NCBI GenBank assembly: GCA_001179505.1
Contig: CDMY01000859.1
Location: 124,001-188,000, forward strand
Direction of reading: 5' to 3'
From: Vitrella brassicaformis CCMP3155
Taxonomy: Eukaryota > Protista > Chromerida
Length of the DNA: 64,000 bases
The translations under genes and the position numbers were made by a program. Below, in pieces: positions 36,070-47,021 of this stretch (the stretch's first letter is position 1; every line of letters starts with the position of its first letter). Below the pieces are notes generated by a model. That model was not told the DNA's origin. It did no database searches and saw nothing but the letters and a program-made list of their open reading frames with translations.

Positions 36070-37952
36070 GAAAGAGTGGTGGACGGGACGGGTGGGTGAT
36101 GGGGGTGGATTTAGTGCCGATTGACCGTCGACTGGATTGGTCGGCTCATGTGGATGAGTGTGAGCGTGTGTGGAACGGACGGCGTGCTCGCGTGAGGCGA
36201 TCTGAGTGGTGCCATTTTTTGTGCATTCCTGGTGGGGGGAGGGTGAGGGCGAGAGAGCGAGGGCATGCGAAACAGAGCGAGCTTTTTTCCCAATATCCAT
36301 TCATCCCATGCCATCATCCCATCCCCGTTCCACACACCCCGGTCTGTCTGCCTGTCGGTCGGTCGAGCAGTCGCCTTGAACCATCAAAGGTGACGTCCAC
36401 TCGCCAGCCAGCCAGTCATTCGTTCATTCGTACTTTTCCTCGTCTGCGGTTGCGTTACTTTGCTTTGCTCGTTTGCGCGGGCGGGGCGAGGGGTCCTGTA
36501 GGTTACTATACAATTAAGTGGACGGACATACCATATGGGGATGGATGGGTATATGGGCACGGTATGGAGCGTTATTCACCTCACCTCACCTCACCCGACC
36601 TCATCCGACCTCGCCCAGCACGTCGTGTCTTTTTCCGTCTTTCATTGATGCGTGTGTGGGGGCTGGGCCGTCTTGGAGTGCGCCTTTTATGGATGGAGGG
36701 ACTGATGCGCTGCGTGTGCCTTTATCTAGACATACACACATCTCTATACCTATCTATACCCGCTTTGTGGCGTGTGTGGGCGTGCTGGTGCAGTGTCTCA
36801 CGCAGTGAGACGAACAAGACGATATGGGAGGGTCCGCTTGTCGACAGACAGCAAATGGGCGGCTTTGTCAAGTCGGTCCATGTCCAACCGAGGCCGTAAG
36901 TGGATGGATGTGGTGGGGGTGCCTGTGTGCGGAATGTACGCGTGTCTCGTCACCTGTGTGTATGCGATGGATGGATTCATCGAGTGGATGGAAAGCCCTC
37001 ATGTAAGCTGTCTGGTGTTGTGTTTGTGTGGAGGAAGGACAGCCCTGAGGCACTAAGACAGACAGACAGACAGATAGACCAGCACACCGCACTCCCTCTC
37101 TCCTGTTCCCTCTTGCCTCTTATCTATCACGTCCATCGACCTGAATGTGACTTTCCACTCACTCGGCCTGGATGCTTTTCTCGATTTGTGTATCTCTGCT
37201 GGCTGATGTGTAATCGAGCACGCTAGTCGTGCACCTCGACACCGACCTGCCCGTCCGCTGCAATCACGGGCTGGCAGCGCAGTGTCGAGGTGGGGACAGA
37301 GAGCCTGCTCGAGGGCACATCAGCCGCGCAGAGACCCTTATTCTTTCTATCTGAAGGGCTCTCCGCCTTCTGTTGCGTGCTGCGGAGAGCGTGACTATGT
37401 GATTGATCATGGGTTGCAACCTTGCAAGTAAGAACCAGTTGCGATACGTGTCTGCTTGTCTTGGCTGAGTCGTGCAGTGAGCTGGAACGTGGACAGGTGG
37501 CCGCTCACTTCCGGCCAGTTGTTGACGTATCCGGCGGCTGCCCAGATACAGCTCGGACAGGCGACATGTGGATGGGTGGATGGGTGGATGGATGGATGGA
37601 TGGAAATGCATGCCTCACCTGTGGGACCATCGCACACGGGTCGACGCTCCATGCATCACCTCACCAACACGTGTGCGGGTGGACGGGCGGACTCTCTCCT
37701 ACGTGGACGACTGAATGACGTGCATGTGATTGGATGGGATGGGATGACATGACGGTCACCAACGCTCCGAAAGATGCATAAATACACACACGCATTTATC
37801 TAGAGGTATGGAAGGTTCTGAGGGAGGGAATGCACTGCGATCGGTCTGTCTGACAGAATCATCTGGCCACATGCACACGCGCAACAAACTCCCCCTCCCT
37901 CACACCGAATTCTCACACACGCGCCCTTGGCGTGTGTCGTTCATTCATTGAG

Positions 37953-39751
37953 TCAGATATCGAAGAATAGGCTAAGGCCGGCAAAGACGAGGAATAGGAA
38001 TCCCCCAGCAAGCGCCACCATCTTCTCGCTAATGCTGCTGGCCAGCATCTTGCCCCCAACCACAGCGACGCCCGTGCACAGGCCGTGGCCCAGACAACCC
38101 CCAACCGTCACGCCTATGGGGTCCTTGGCAGCACTGAGTGGAGGGAACCGAACCGTTGTTTGTATGATTGAGACACAGCAATACAAAGGAGGCAGGCATG
38201 TGCTTGCTGGTTGGTTTCGCATTGCTTACGCGAGGGCTATTGTCGCGATTTGTGACCTGTCCCCCCATTCTGCCAGGAAAGTGAGAGAGCACGCCTGCAG
38301 ATCACACAACACCCAACACATCGATATATCGAAGATGCTTTGTCCACTCCACTCCCCCACCCCCCCAACCCGACCTGCCAGAAGACGTGGTTGATGAGCA
38401 TGCGGATGACATTGCCGCGCCTTTTCCTGCCGTGGTGGTGCCCATGAAAGAACTTTTTCCCCGGAGAAGACATGTCGTCGGTCGACGGCGGTGCAGTGAG
38501 CGGCGACTGCCCCCCAGTGTATTCCACATCGGGGATCGACGACGACCGCGACTGCGTGCCGGCCGGATACCGCGTCAGCTCCACCTCGGCCTGGTCCCGT
38601 GTGGGGTTGGGGTTGGGGTGGTGGGGTCCCAGGCCGTTCAGAGAGCCATTGTTGCCGTTAATGTTGCCATGGTTGCTGGTGTTGGAGTTGGTGTTGGTGT
38701 CATCGTCCGTCTTCTTGCTCAGCTCGGCCTCTACCTCTCGGATCTCTTCGCTTGCTGCAAGGCATCAACACCCACACGCACACACCCACACACACGCGCG
38801 TGCAGCCTGCTGCCATTCGTGTTGTGGGTGGGTGGGTGGGTGGGTATGCGGGCGGCTGTGTGTGGTGTGGTGTGGTGTGGTGACTGACCTCCCCCGTCCT
38901 CCATGAGCAGGCCTTCCCTGAGCAATCGCACTCCGAAAAAGAGGAAGAGCACGATTGAGGCGTAGTGCGTGTATGTGCGGCTGAGAAGGTTGGGGAGGGT
39001 GTAGCCCATGGCGGCGCTGAGGACCGTCATGCCGCCCAGTGCCGTCATGGCCCCCATCCACACTATCAGGTGGCTGTGCTTCATCGACATGATCGCCGCA
39101 ATGAAGAACGTCTGCACAGGGGGAGAGGAGGGGACACGCATGACGTGTGTGGTGCTGTGGGTTCTGTGCGCGGTGGTTGTCCGCTCACTTTGTCTCCCAG
39201 TTCGGAGACGATTATGAGTGACAGCGAGGCAATGAATGCCGCCCAGAAGCCGCCCGCCTTGACGCCAAAGAATTTCTCCACTGACGAAGCCGATGAGCCC
39301 CGGCCACTCGCTCCCTCCCAAGTCCCATTCGTCCCCCCCTGCGACCAGCCAGCCAACCAAGTATAATCACAGACAGAGGCATTCAAAGACAGAGATCAGA
39401 TCTGTGCACTGCACCGATCTTTGCCCTGTGCCGTCTGCTCCTCACCACGGCGATGTTGACATGGCGTGTGGCCATCTCGCTGTCGGTCTCCTCCCTCAGC
39501 TGGCTCGATGCCCTCCGCAGCATCTCCTCCCCTTCTGCGGCAGAAGCTGCATCTTCACGCTCTGTCGCTGCTTCCGTGCCCTCCACACTGCTGGCAAGAT
39601 GCACTTGGCCATCCACCAGGGAAAGCAACGCCGCCAGCAGGAGGGATAGCAGCAAGATCAACACGGGCTTCCTGCTTCGTTTGCAGATTGGCACGGCGGA
39701 CGACGTCATGCTGGTGCTCTCACCTGCGAGCTTAGCTGAGAGCACCGTCAT
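37953..39751 (-). CDS. GDT1: GDT1/TMEM165 (UPF0016) Ca2+/Mn2+ transporter
   Basis: Two E-x-G-D-[KR]-[TS] motifs (IVSELGDK|TFFIAA and FLAEWGDRSQIATI). Also DPIGVTVGGCLGHGLCTGVAVVGGKMLA. Hydrophobic signal-like N-terminus. The start codon could be 39751 or the next Met. Confidence 0.93.
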
Positions 39752-42289
39752 GGTGCCATGCCCACCAAGCGGCAAGCGACCGCTGGTGAAGCACGGCTCT
39801 CCTCCCTGCAAGCGACCGCGACGGGCCGCACGCGCCGAGAATGACAGCCAGGACCAGCTGATGCTCCCCCTCCCTCTCCCTCTCCGACACGGGCCTGCCG
39901 CAGCAGACAGCTCTGCCCCGTTTGCACCCACACCGTCGACCGCCAGATCTTCCGGAGCAACGCCCTCTTCACTGTTCAGCCCGACACGTCGCCCACTGCC
40001 CGAGGAGGAGAAGGTCATCGAGGCATGTCAGAAGGACTTTCAGTCCAGGAGGGCGTATTCTCCCTCGTGCTTTGGAAAGCACGAACGGACGCTCTCTCAT
40101 CTGCCCTCGACAGTGACGGCGTCCTTCGTTCCATGCACACAAGGAGATGGCAATCTCATCGCCACATCGGCCCATTCGCTGACTCGGCTGGTGATGGGCA
40201 CTATGTCAGCGGGAGGGTGGTCGTGTCGCGAGTGGGTGTCCAAGAGCGTCTGACGTTTCGGTGGACGCCCTCACTGATGCACGACATCAAGACGGCGCTC
40301 GCCGAGCAGCCCCTCGACCCAGACAGATACATCTTCGCGGTCCCAGCCCCTCTGCCACCCCCACCATCCTCTAACCAAGGTAGGTGTTGAGAGGGGCAGG
40401 GGGGGGAGAGAGAGTGCGTGAGGTCGTGGGAACTGCGAATGCAGGCGTCCCTCTGTCTGTTTGTGTTTGTGTCTGTGTTGGCAGATGATGATATGGAGAT
40501 GACTGCCGCGCCACCCCCTCTTCTCTCGCCCTCCGAGTACGTCGCGGCCTGTGAGGAGGACTTTAAGACCAAGAGGGCCTCAGCTGCCAACACAGCGCTC
40601 TCCAGACTGCCCGACCACGTGACGGCGTCCTTCGTTCTCATCTCGCAGCAGGACGGCATCGTGCAGGCAACCGTGGGACCATTCGCTGACTCGGCCGGCA
40701 ACGACTACCACGTCAGGGGGAACGTGGTCGCGTCGCAGCGGGAGGACAACAGGCAGCTGACCTGTCGGTGGATGGGGAAATTCAAGAACAGGATCAACAT
40801 GGCTCGAGCCGACCAGCCCCTCGACCCAGATCAGCACACCTTCGGCAAAGACAACGAGGGCAGACGGGTCCTATTGCGCAAGAAGAGAGAGGGTGGTAGG
40901 GGCAGAGGGGGTGGGGGAGGCGGTGGTGGTGGGGGTGGGGGTGGCAGCCGTCGTGCACCGAAGAGGAGGAGGTCTGCCCCCCCGAGAGAGCCCCAGGTCC
41001 CCAAGGACGCTCCGGCCTTCTTCAAGACGCGACACCCCCATGCTCACTGCCCCAACATCACCGACATAGGCAATCTGTGGGATCAGATTGACTGCCAGCT
41101 CCCGGACGGCTTCGGGGTGGACTCGGTTGATCTCAATGTGGCCATTCGTGCGATGCAGTCGATCAAGAAACGGAAGGAGCAAGACGACTGCGATCCCGAA
41201 GCGGCTGGAGCAAGACACAGACCCAACCCACGAGAGGTCAGGCGATCTCTGTTTGTCGGCACTCATGTCCGTTGTTCAACTGATATCGTGTCATCCCTTC
41301 CTTTCATGGCTGTGTCAGGTCTCTGGTGTTGACGATTTCGCAACGTTTTGGGTGGAGGAGCATCAAGAGTGCCTAGCGGAGGAGCGACTCGACAGCGAGC
41401 AGCTGGAGGCCGAGATTCGCGAGGCAGCCTCTCGTGAGGTCTCTGCAGTCCAGGCACGGCTTGCGAGCATGACAGCTTCTGTGTTCCAGCCCGATGAGTT
41501 CCTCGAGCTCGTCGACGGGGCTCTGGTGGCCGTGTCAGCAGCGGACTATGACCGCCTGTTGCCGATCTGGCAAGATAGCATCAGACAGGCAATTTGTCTT
41601 CCGTATCAGTACAACTTCATCGCTTTCCAGCCCGCCCGGCAGCCAGGTGCCTCATCGGCGCGTCGCCGGCCGCGTGGGGGCGGTGGAGGCCGGCGCGAGA
41701 GCCGGCCATATGATGGCATGTCCATGTCGTATCGGGGACCAGTGGCCAGGTACGGGAATGCAAAATCAGGTCATACAATGCACCTTCTTCTGTCCTCGCT
41801 TGTGAGTGCAGGTGGTGGACAGGCCATATGCCTGGCATATGGAAGGCATTCGAGGCCTTCGTTGGATTGGTGGAGCTGGAGAAGCTGAACGTGGTCCGCG
41901 CGCCCAACAACGAGGAGCCCGTCCGCATTCCCATGCCCCTCATTGCGTCGCTTCCCAAATGCCTCGACGCCCTCCGTGCCGCCAGCGTGGGTTTGAGCGT
42001 GTGGCTGCCTGTCGTGCTGCGGCAGGTGGCGGGTGATTCTATCCACGGCCTCGCTTGGAGGGACGGCAAGCGCCAGGTGCTGAGAGCAGAGGCTCTCGCC
42101 GGTCATGCCGCTGTGCAGAGGCGCCTCTCGATTGACGGCGCGGGTGTCGACGGCCCTCCGTCCAACGTCGTCCCGACTGGGCTGGACGTGGACATGCTGG
42201 CGGGGGACGACCAGACGCGTGTGCAGAGTATCGACAGTGTGATAGCCGATCTGGAGAGAGAGCAAAAGGCTTTGAGTAGTATTGGATGA
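39750..42289 (+). CDS. Lineage-specific hypothetical protein with tandemly duplicated N-terminal domain (copy 1 frameshifted) and poly-Gly linker
   Basis: Copy 1 (about 39990-40380) and copy 2 (about 40500-40850) share VTASFV...GPFADSAG..Y.V.G.VV.S...LT.RW...QPLDPD. Poly-Gly at about 40884-40946. Downstream exons end ...DLEREQKALSSIG*. No known domain recognised. Confidence 0.55.
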
Positions 42290-42321
42290 GTTGGTCTGTT
42301 TATTGTGGATAGCGATTTATT

Positions 42322-42409
42322 GTTGTGGCCTGTACTTGAGCCCGACCATCATGACGAAACAGGAAGTGCGAGCTTAGCTGAGAGCACCGTTGTGGCCTGT
42401 ACTTGAGCC
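42322..42409. repeat. 21-bp direct duplication enclosing a 46-bp filler that includes a 24-bp copy of 39725-39748
   Basis: GTTGTGGCCTGTACTTGAGCC occurs at 42322-42342 and 42389-42409. TGCGAGCTTAGCTGAGAGCACCGT occurs at 39725-39748 and 42367-42390. Confidence 0.9.
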
Positions 42410-42538
42410 ATCTGGTAAAGCACAGATGTTTGCGGATCACAGACCCTCAAAAATACGAGCTCGCATCTGCGAGCTAATCCGTGAAACTGCTCGTCGAGCT
42501 AAGCCCGAGGAGAGAGATCTGGGCATCTGCATGGTGCA

Positions 42539-44682
42539 ATGAGGGCAACGATCCCACTTGGTTTGCTAGCGAAGCTTGTTCTTGCAGCTGCACACGCAGC
42601 AGCACTTGAGTGGACTTTATCACTGCAACTCATCGCTCGCCCCTCTGCGTACGTCCCGGTGCCCGCTCCCCACGTGGAAACGAGATTCGTGGCATCATCT
42701 GCCCGCTCTGCTGGCGCCCGCTCATCGGCCCGCTCCTCTTCGTCCGCTCGGCGCGTGACATCGTCATCCCGTCGCGCTTCGCCGTCTTTTCGCTCTTCCC
42801 GGCGTGCCCCCTCCATTCCTCGCCGATTACAGCCTCGCACAAGCAGCGGGCGCCGCCCAACGAGCCGTGGACCGCCACGCATAGACAGCGCAAAGCGACT
42901 AAGGCCATCTGCCAGCCATCCACCCGAGAGGACGGTGCGGCCAAGCGGCACTCGTCGGGCCGAGGTACGCCCAAGGCGGCAGGGCGATCCCCATGAGCAC
43001 GAGCATGAGCGTCCAAGGCTGCCCAGGCAATGGCGATGGGGCAGCCATCACGAGGCCGACCATGACGAGGACGAGATAAGACGGGGGCGTGGTTATTCGG
43101 CAGCGGAGTACCCATCCCCTCTGCACAGCCTCAGGCTGCCTCACATACGGAGAGCAAGGGTCTACACTGACGACGTGACCACATGGCCATCCGAATGGGC
43201 CGGACCGAGAGCTGATCGTCATGACCATGGCGACTCAAGAGACGAGGCTGAGAGGACCGAGTCCTCAAGGAGGGGCTTCTTCCTATCGCACACCGCGGCG
43301 GCTCTGCTGGGTGCAGCGGCTGTCGGTTTTGGGTCACCCATGGCGGCCCAGGCTGTGGTTCAGTTCGATCGAGGTCGTTATGGCGACAAAGAGCTCAAGA
43401 TTGCAACCGTCAACAAGCTCAAGCAAACGGTCGGGCTGGCCATCACTGAGAAGCCGCATCTCGCAGGGCAGCTGGTGCGCCTCGCCATCTCCAATGCCCT
43501 CTCTTACGTTGCTGCCACAGGTGGGAGGCATCACCCACCCTGCACACACACAGGAGTGAGCGCTGTCGCTTTGTTTGCTTTGTGTGTGTGCAGGTGAGGG
43601 TGGTTTGGACGGCAGCATTCGGGAGGAGGTCGACCAGCCCGAGAATGCAGATGTGCGTGAGGCAGTTGAGCTGCTCGAGAGGATCCGCAAGGACATCAAA
43701 CGCACTAACGAGGTCACATTCGCCGACCTCCTCTCGTACGCAGGTAGGTGTTGTTACCTACGGACCCTGCAGCGGATTCATTGCACACGGAATGATTTGT
43801 TTGTCGGAACCAGGCGCTGAGGCTATTGAGCTTGTTGGCGGCCCTCGGTTCTCGCCCCAGCTCGGCCGTGGACAAACGATGGGTCCTTCGAAGACCTCAG
43901 CCCACTTCGACTGGGGCAAGATCGACGCCGCTGAGGCGGTGCGGGCATTCGAGAGAAGCGGAATGTCGCCGAAAGAGGCCGCTGTCATGATAAGTAAGCG
44001 CGCCATGGTGTGCCGACGGACAGGTGCATTCATTCACTCATATGCTCATATGCTGCCTCGTGTGTCAGGCACTGTCGCATGGGTCGATCGTATCACGGCA
44101 AAGGAGGAGGCCCAGCGCGCAGAAAGAAAGAGCGACAATGATGATGATGACGACGATGACATTTTCCAAAGCGTGAGCATGAGACGGAAAGAGAGAAAGA
44201 GCGAGTGCACACCACACGAGTCCATTCCCTCGCCTGTGTGTGTGCAGGAGATCCCCGATACGCGAGTGGGGATGCAAAAGTATGGCGAGACACTGGGAGG
44301 CAAGTCGACCAAACTCACCGCTCAGTACCTCAAGAACCTCCTCAGAGGCGGAAACACCACGGAGCAAGCATCACGGTGAGGTGCAGACATGAGACATACC
44401 CATGGTTGGTATCGTATCAATCATCCTCTGCTCTGCGTGCGCAGGCTGGAGCTGGTGCTGCTCCAGAGCCCTCTGCGCGACTATGTGGAGGTGCGCATCA
44501 CAACGAATAACCGATCGGTTAATTACAACTGTGCACTCGTGCGTTTCCTGCCCCGTGTATGTATTGTATGTGTGCTGCAGGCGTACGCCAAGGACAACAA
44601 GAGCTTCACGAAGGACATAGCGGAGGTGTACCAGAAGCTGTCGCTGGCAGGAGCATCCTACTCGTCCACACTCTTCACGTGA
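42539..44682 (+). CDS. Thylakoid-lumen TL29/APX4-like protein (heme peroxidase fold, catalytically degenerate)
   Basis: Signal-like N-terminus MRATIPLGLLAKLVLAAAHAAA. Twin-Arg lumen signal RRGFF...LLGAAAVGFGSPMAAQA (43268-43354). Peroxidase-fold motifs VRLAISNALSY, GEGGLDGSI, VTFADLLSYAGAEAIELVGGP...QLGR, AYAKDNKSFTKDIAEVYQKLS. Confidence 0.8.
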
Positions 44683-45028
44683 TTGATTCATGATTCACCA
44701 AGTCGACCGACTGACTGACTGAGGGACAGAAAACCCCTCCACTGTGTGATAAGGATGGTTGGGTGGATGAAAGAGATAAGGGGCCGCGGAGGGAGGGGCA
44801 TCGGACAAAGTGATAAGGGAGGGGCAGTGCTCTTTGTCGTCACGCCACATGCGTGCATTCTTACTCTCTCACTGGTCTCTCTCTCTGTCGACCCGTACAC
44901 ACATGTATTTGCTATGCATCCATCTTTGCAGTGCTCTTTTTCATCATATGTGCATCTATGGACAGACTGGCCTAGACACAGCAAGCCTAAACCGTGAAAT
45001 TTACATCGACCGTTGAACGTTAGCTTGG

Positions 45029-46431
45029 ATGCTTGGCGCGGTGGAAAACAGCGGCAGGACGATATCGTTGGGCGCCATTGTTGTGTCCCTTCTGCTGGCG
45101 CTGTCCATCAAGCTCTCCAACCTGTCCATCTCGGCTGACGCCGCACCCTCAGGAACAGAATCCGATGCTGCTGACTCACAACAACACAAGACCCTTCTCA
45201 AGGGCGACGATGAGCACGCGCAGCAGCACCAGACAGAGGAGGAGGCTGGCACAGGGCCTGGCACAGGGCCAGTGAGCCGCTCTGGCCGAGCACCGCCCGC
45301 CAGAGACGAAGGGAAGCACCGCGGCAACGATGGGAATTCCTTGCTGAAGGGACGCAAGCAGGCAGAGATCACAGGCGTCAGCAAAAACCCGTTCGCCAAT
45401 TTTCCGGTGAACTGACTGCTTGCGATGTGACGATGGCTTCTTTCTGTCTGTCTGAGTGTTCAGCTGTCCGACCAGACTGTGGGCATCCGCCTCTTCAGCG
45501 TCGCCCCGACAATCCCCCCGACAGTCTTCGGTAGGCAAGGCCACAGGCAGCTTGTCGAATGATGCCTGCCTGCCTGCCGCCTGTTGCTGCGCCGTGATTC
45601 CATCGTGCAGGAGTTGCGACTTCCAACACCGTCTACATCCTTGTAAGTCAGACAGGCAAAGACAGGCCGAGGAGCCCGAGGAATAATGCTTGTTTTGTGT
45701 GAGTTGCGCAGGTGCGTGATAGTGACGGTGACGTCAAGGCGGTGTCCCAGGGGTCGAACGACCAGTTCAACGACAAGTTCAACAACGTGCCGGCGGAGGG
45801 ACGATTCAAGGTCGAGAGAGGGCTTAACAGACAGGTAAAGTTTTGGTCAACCCCTTTGCACTCGAACGGCATCCTTTTGCCTTGTGTCTTGTGCCCCTGC
45901 CCTGCAGTTCGGGCGTGGCGATTCACAGGTGGTAGATTTCAACGATCAGCGTGAGTATCGTTCCTTCCGCTACGCTGGCCCGGGGTGCACATCTGCCACA
46001 TTTGACCCCTGCTACCTGGGATGGAGGCAACTTGGAGACAACCAGTTCGTCCTTACCGTGGAGCCAATCAGCCTCAGCAATGCGGGCGGCGACCGGCTCC
46101 GCAACAAGTCATGGTGCCCGGGGAGAGAAGGGGTGATACAACCACCGGTGCCAAGAGCAATGTGTGGGTGTCTCAGGGCGGTTTTGGGAGGCGCATTGAT
46201 CCCATCGGATGCGTACTTCGGTGACGATGCCACCTGGCGATGGGTCTCGATCACAAACAACGTCCCTGGTGAGACGACACGGACGGGCAGGAACCATAAT
46301 GTTCCTAAGTGTTTTGTGTTCCCTCACCGCTCACAGGTGAGTTTGGCACCATCAGCATGATCCTAGTCGAGCCCAAGGAGCAGTTCGCCTGGCTGGGTGC
46401 GGTGGAGTGCAACGGATGCTCATTCGGGTAA
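45029..46431 (+). CDS. Hypothetical secreted or signal-anchored protein
   Basis: Hydrophobic N-terminal segment ISLGAIVVSLLLALSI. Coding-like exons (DSDGDVKAVSQGSNDQF..., YRSFRYAGPGCTSATFDPCYLGW...). Last exon GEFGTISMILVEPKEQFAWLGAVECNGCSFG* (TAA 46429-46431). Confidence 0.55.
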
Positions 46432-47021
46432 CACTGGTGAGCGGGGCCGCTGTCACTTCGTGCCCAGCTGTTTTGTACGGGGCCGGGCGAAGTCAGTTTT
46501 TCTGTCTGTATCGTACCGTCCCCATTTGTGTACCACCTCACCTGTCTGTCTATTTGACTGACTTGAGCTGGGCTGGGCTGGGCTGACCAATCGCACATTG
46601 CCTGCCATGCGTGTCCTCCTCGTGTTGTGTGTGTGTGTGTGTGTGTGTGTGTGGTTGGTTATTTGTTCGTATCGTGAGTGCAGTGAGTGCTCTGCAGTGA
46701 GAGGTCTCTCTTGCACTTCCATCTCCTGGGCTGTGTTTGTCAGTCAGTGATACCTACCTTCCTTGATGTTGCATGACCGTGTGACCGTGTGGCGTGGCAT
46801 GGTCCAGCTGCATCGCATCAAGCCATACATATCTCCTGGTACATGGTGGCACACGTGCATTCTCGAGGATGGGACATCCAAACATATACACAGACACTTA
46901 CAGACAGACAGACAGACCTAAGCACGCATCAATCAGTGCACGCCACGCCCTCCTCGCTATACACAGACAGACAGACACATCCACACAGCCATACATACAC
47001 ACCACCCCCTACATCAGTGAC

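Noticed and set aside
37380-37660. Possible small minus-strand gene (CPSCIWAAAGYVNNWPEVSGHL...)
   Set aside because: There is no clear start, stop or exon chain and no family match, so support is insufficient.
39750-42409. Autonomous DIRS/Ngaro or other transposon
   Set aside because: No reverse transcriptase, RNase H, tyrosine recombinase or DDE motifs were seen, and the repeats are only 21-24 bp. Kept only as a junction finding.
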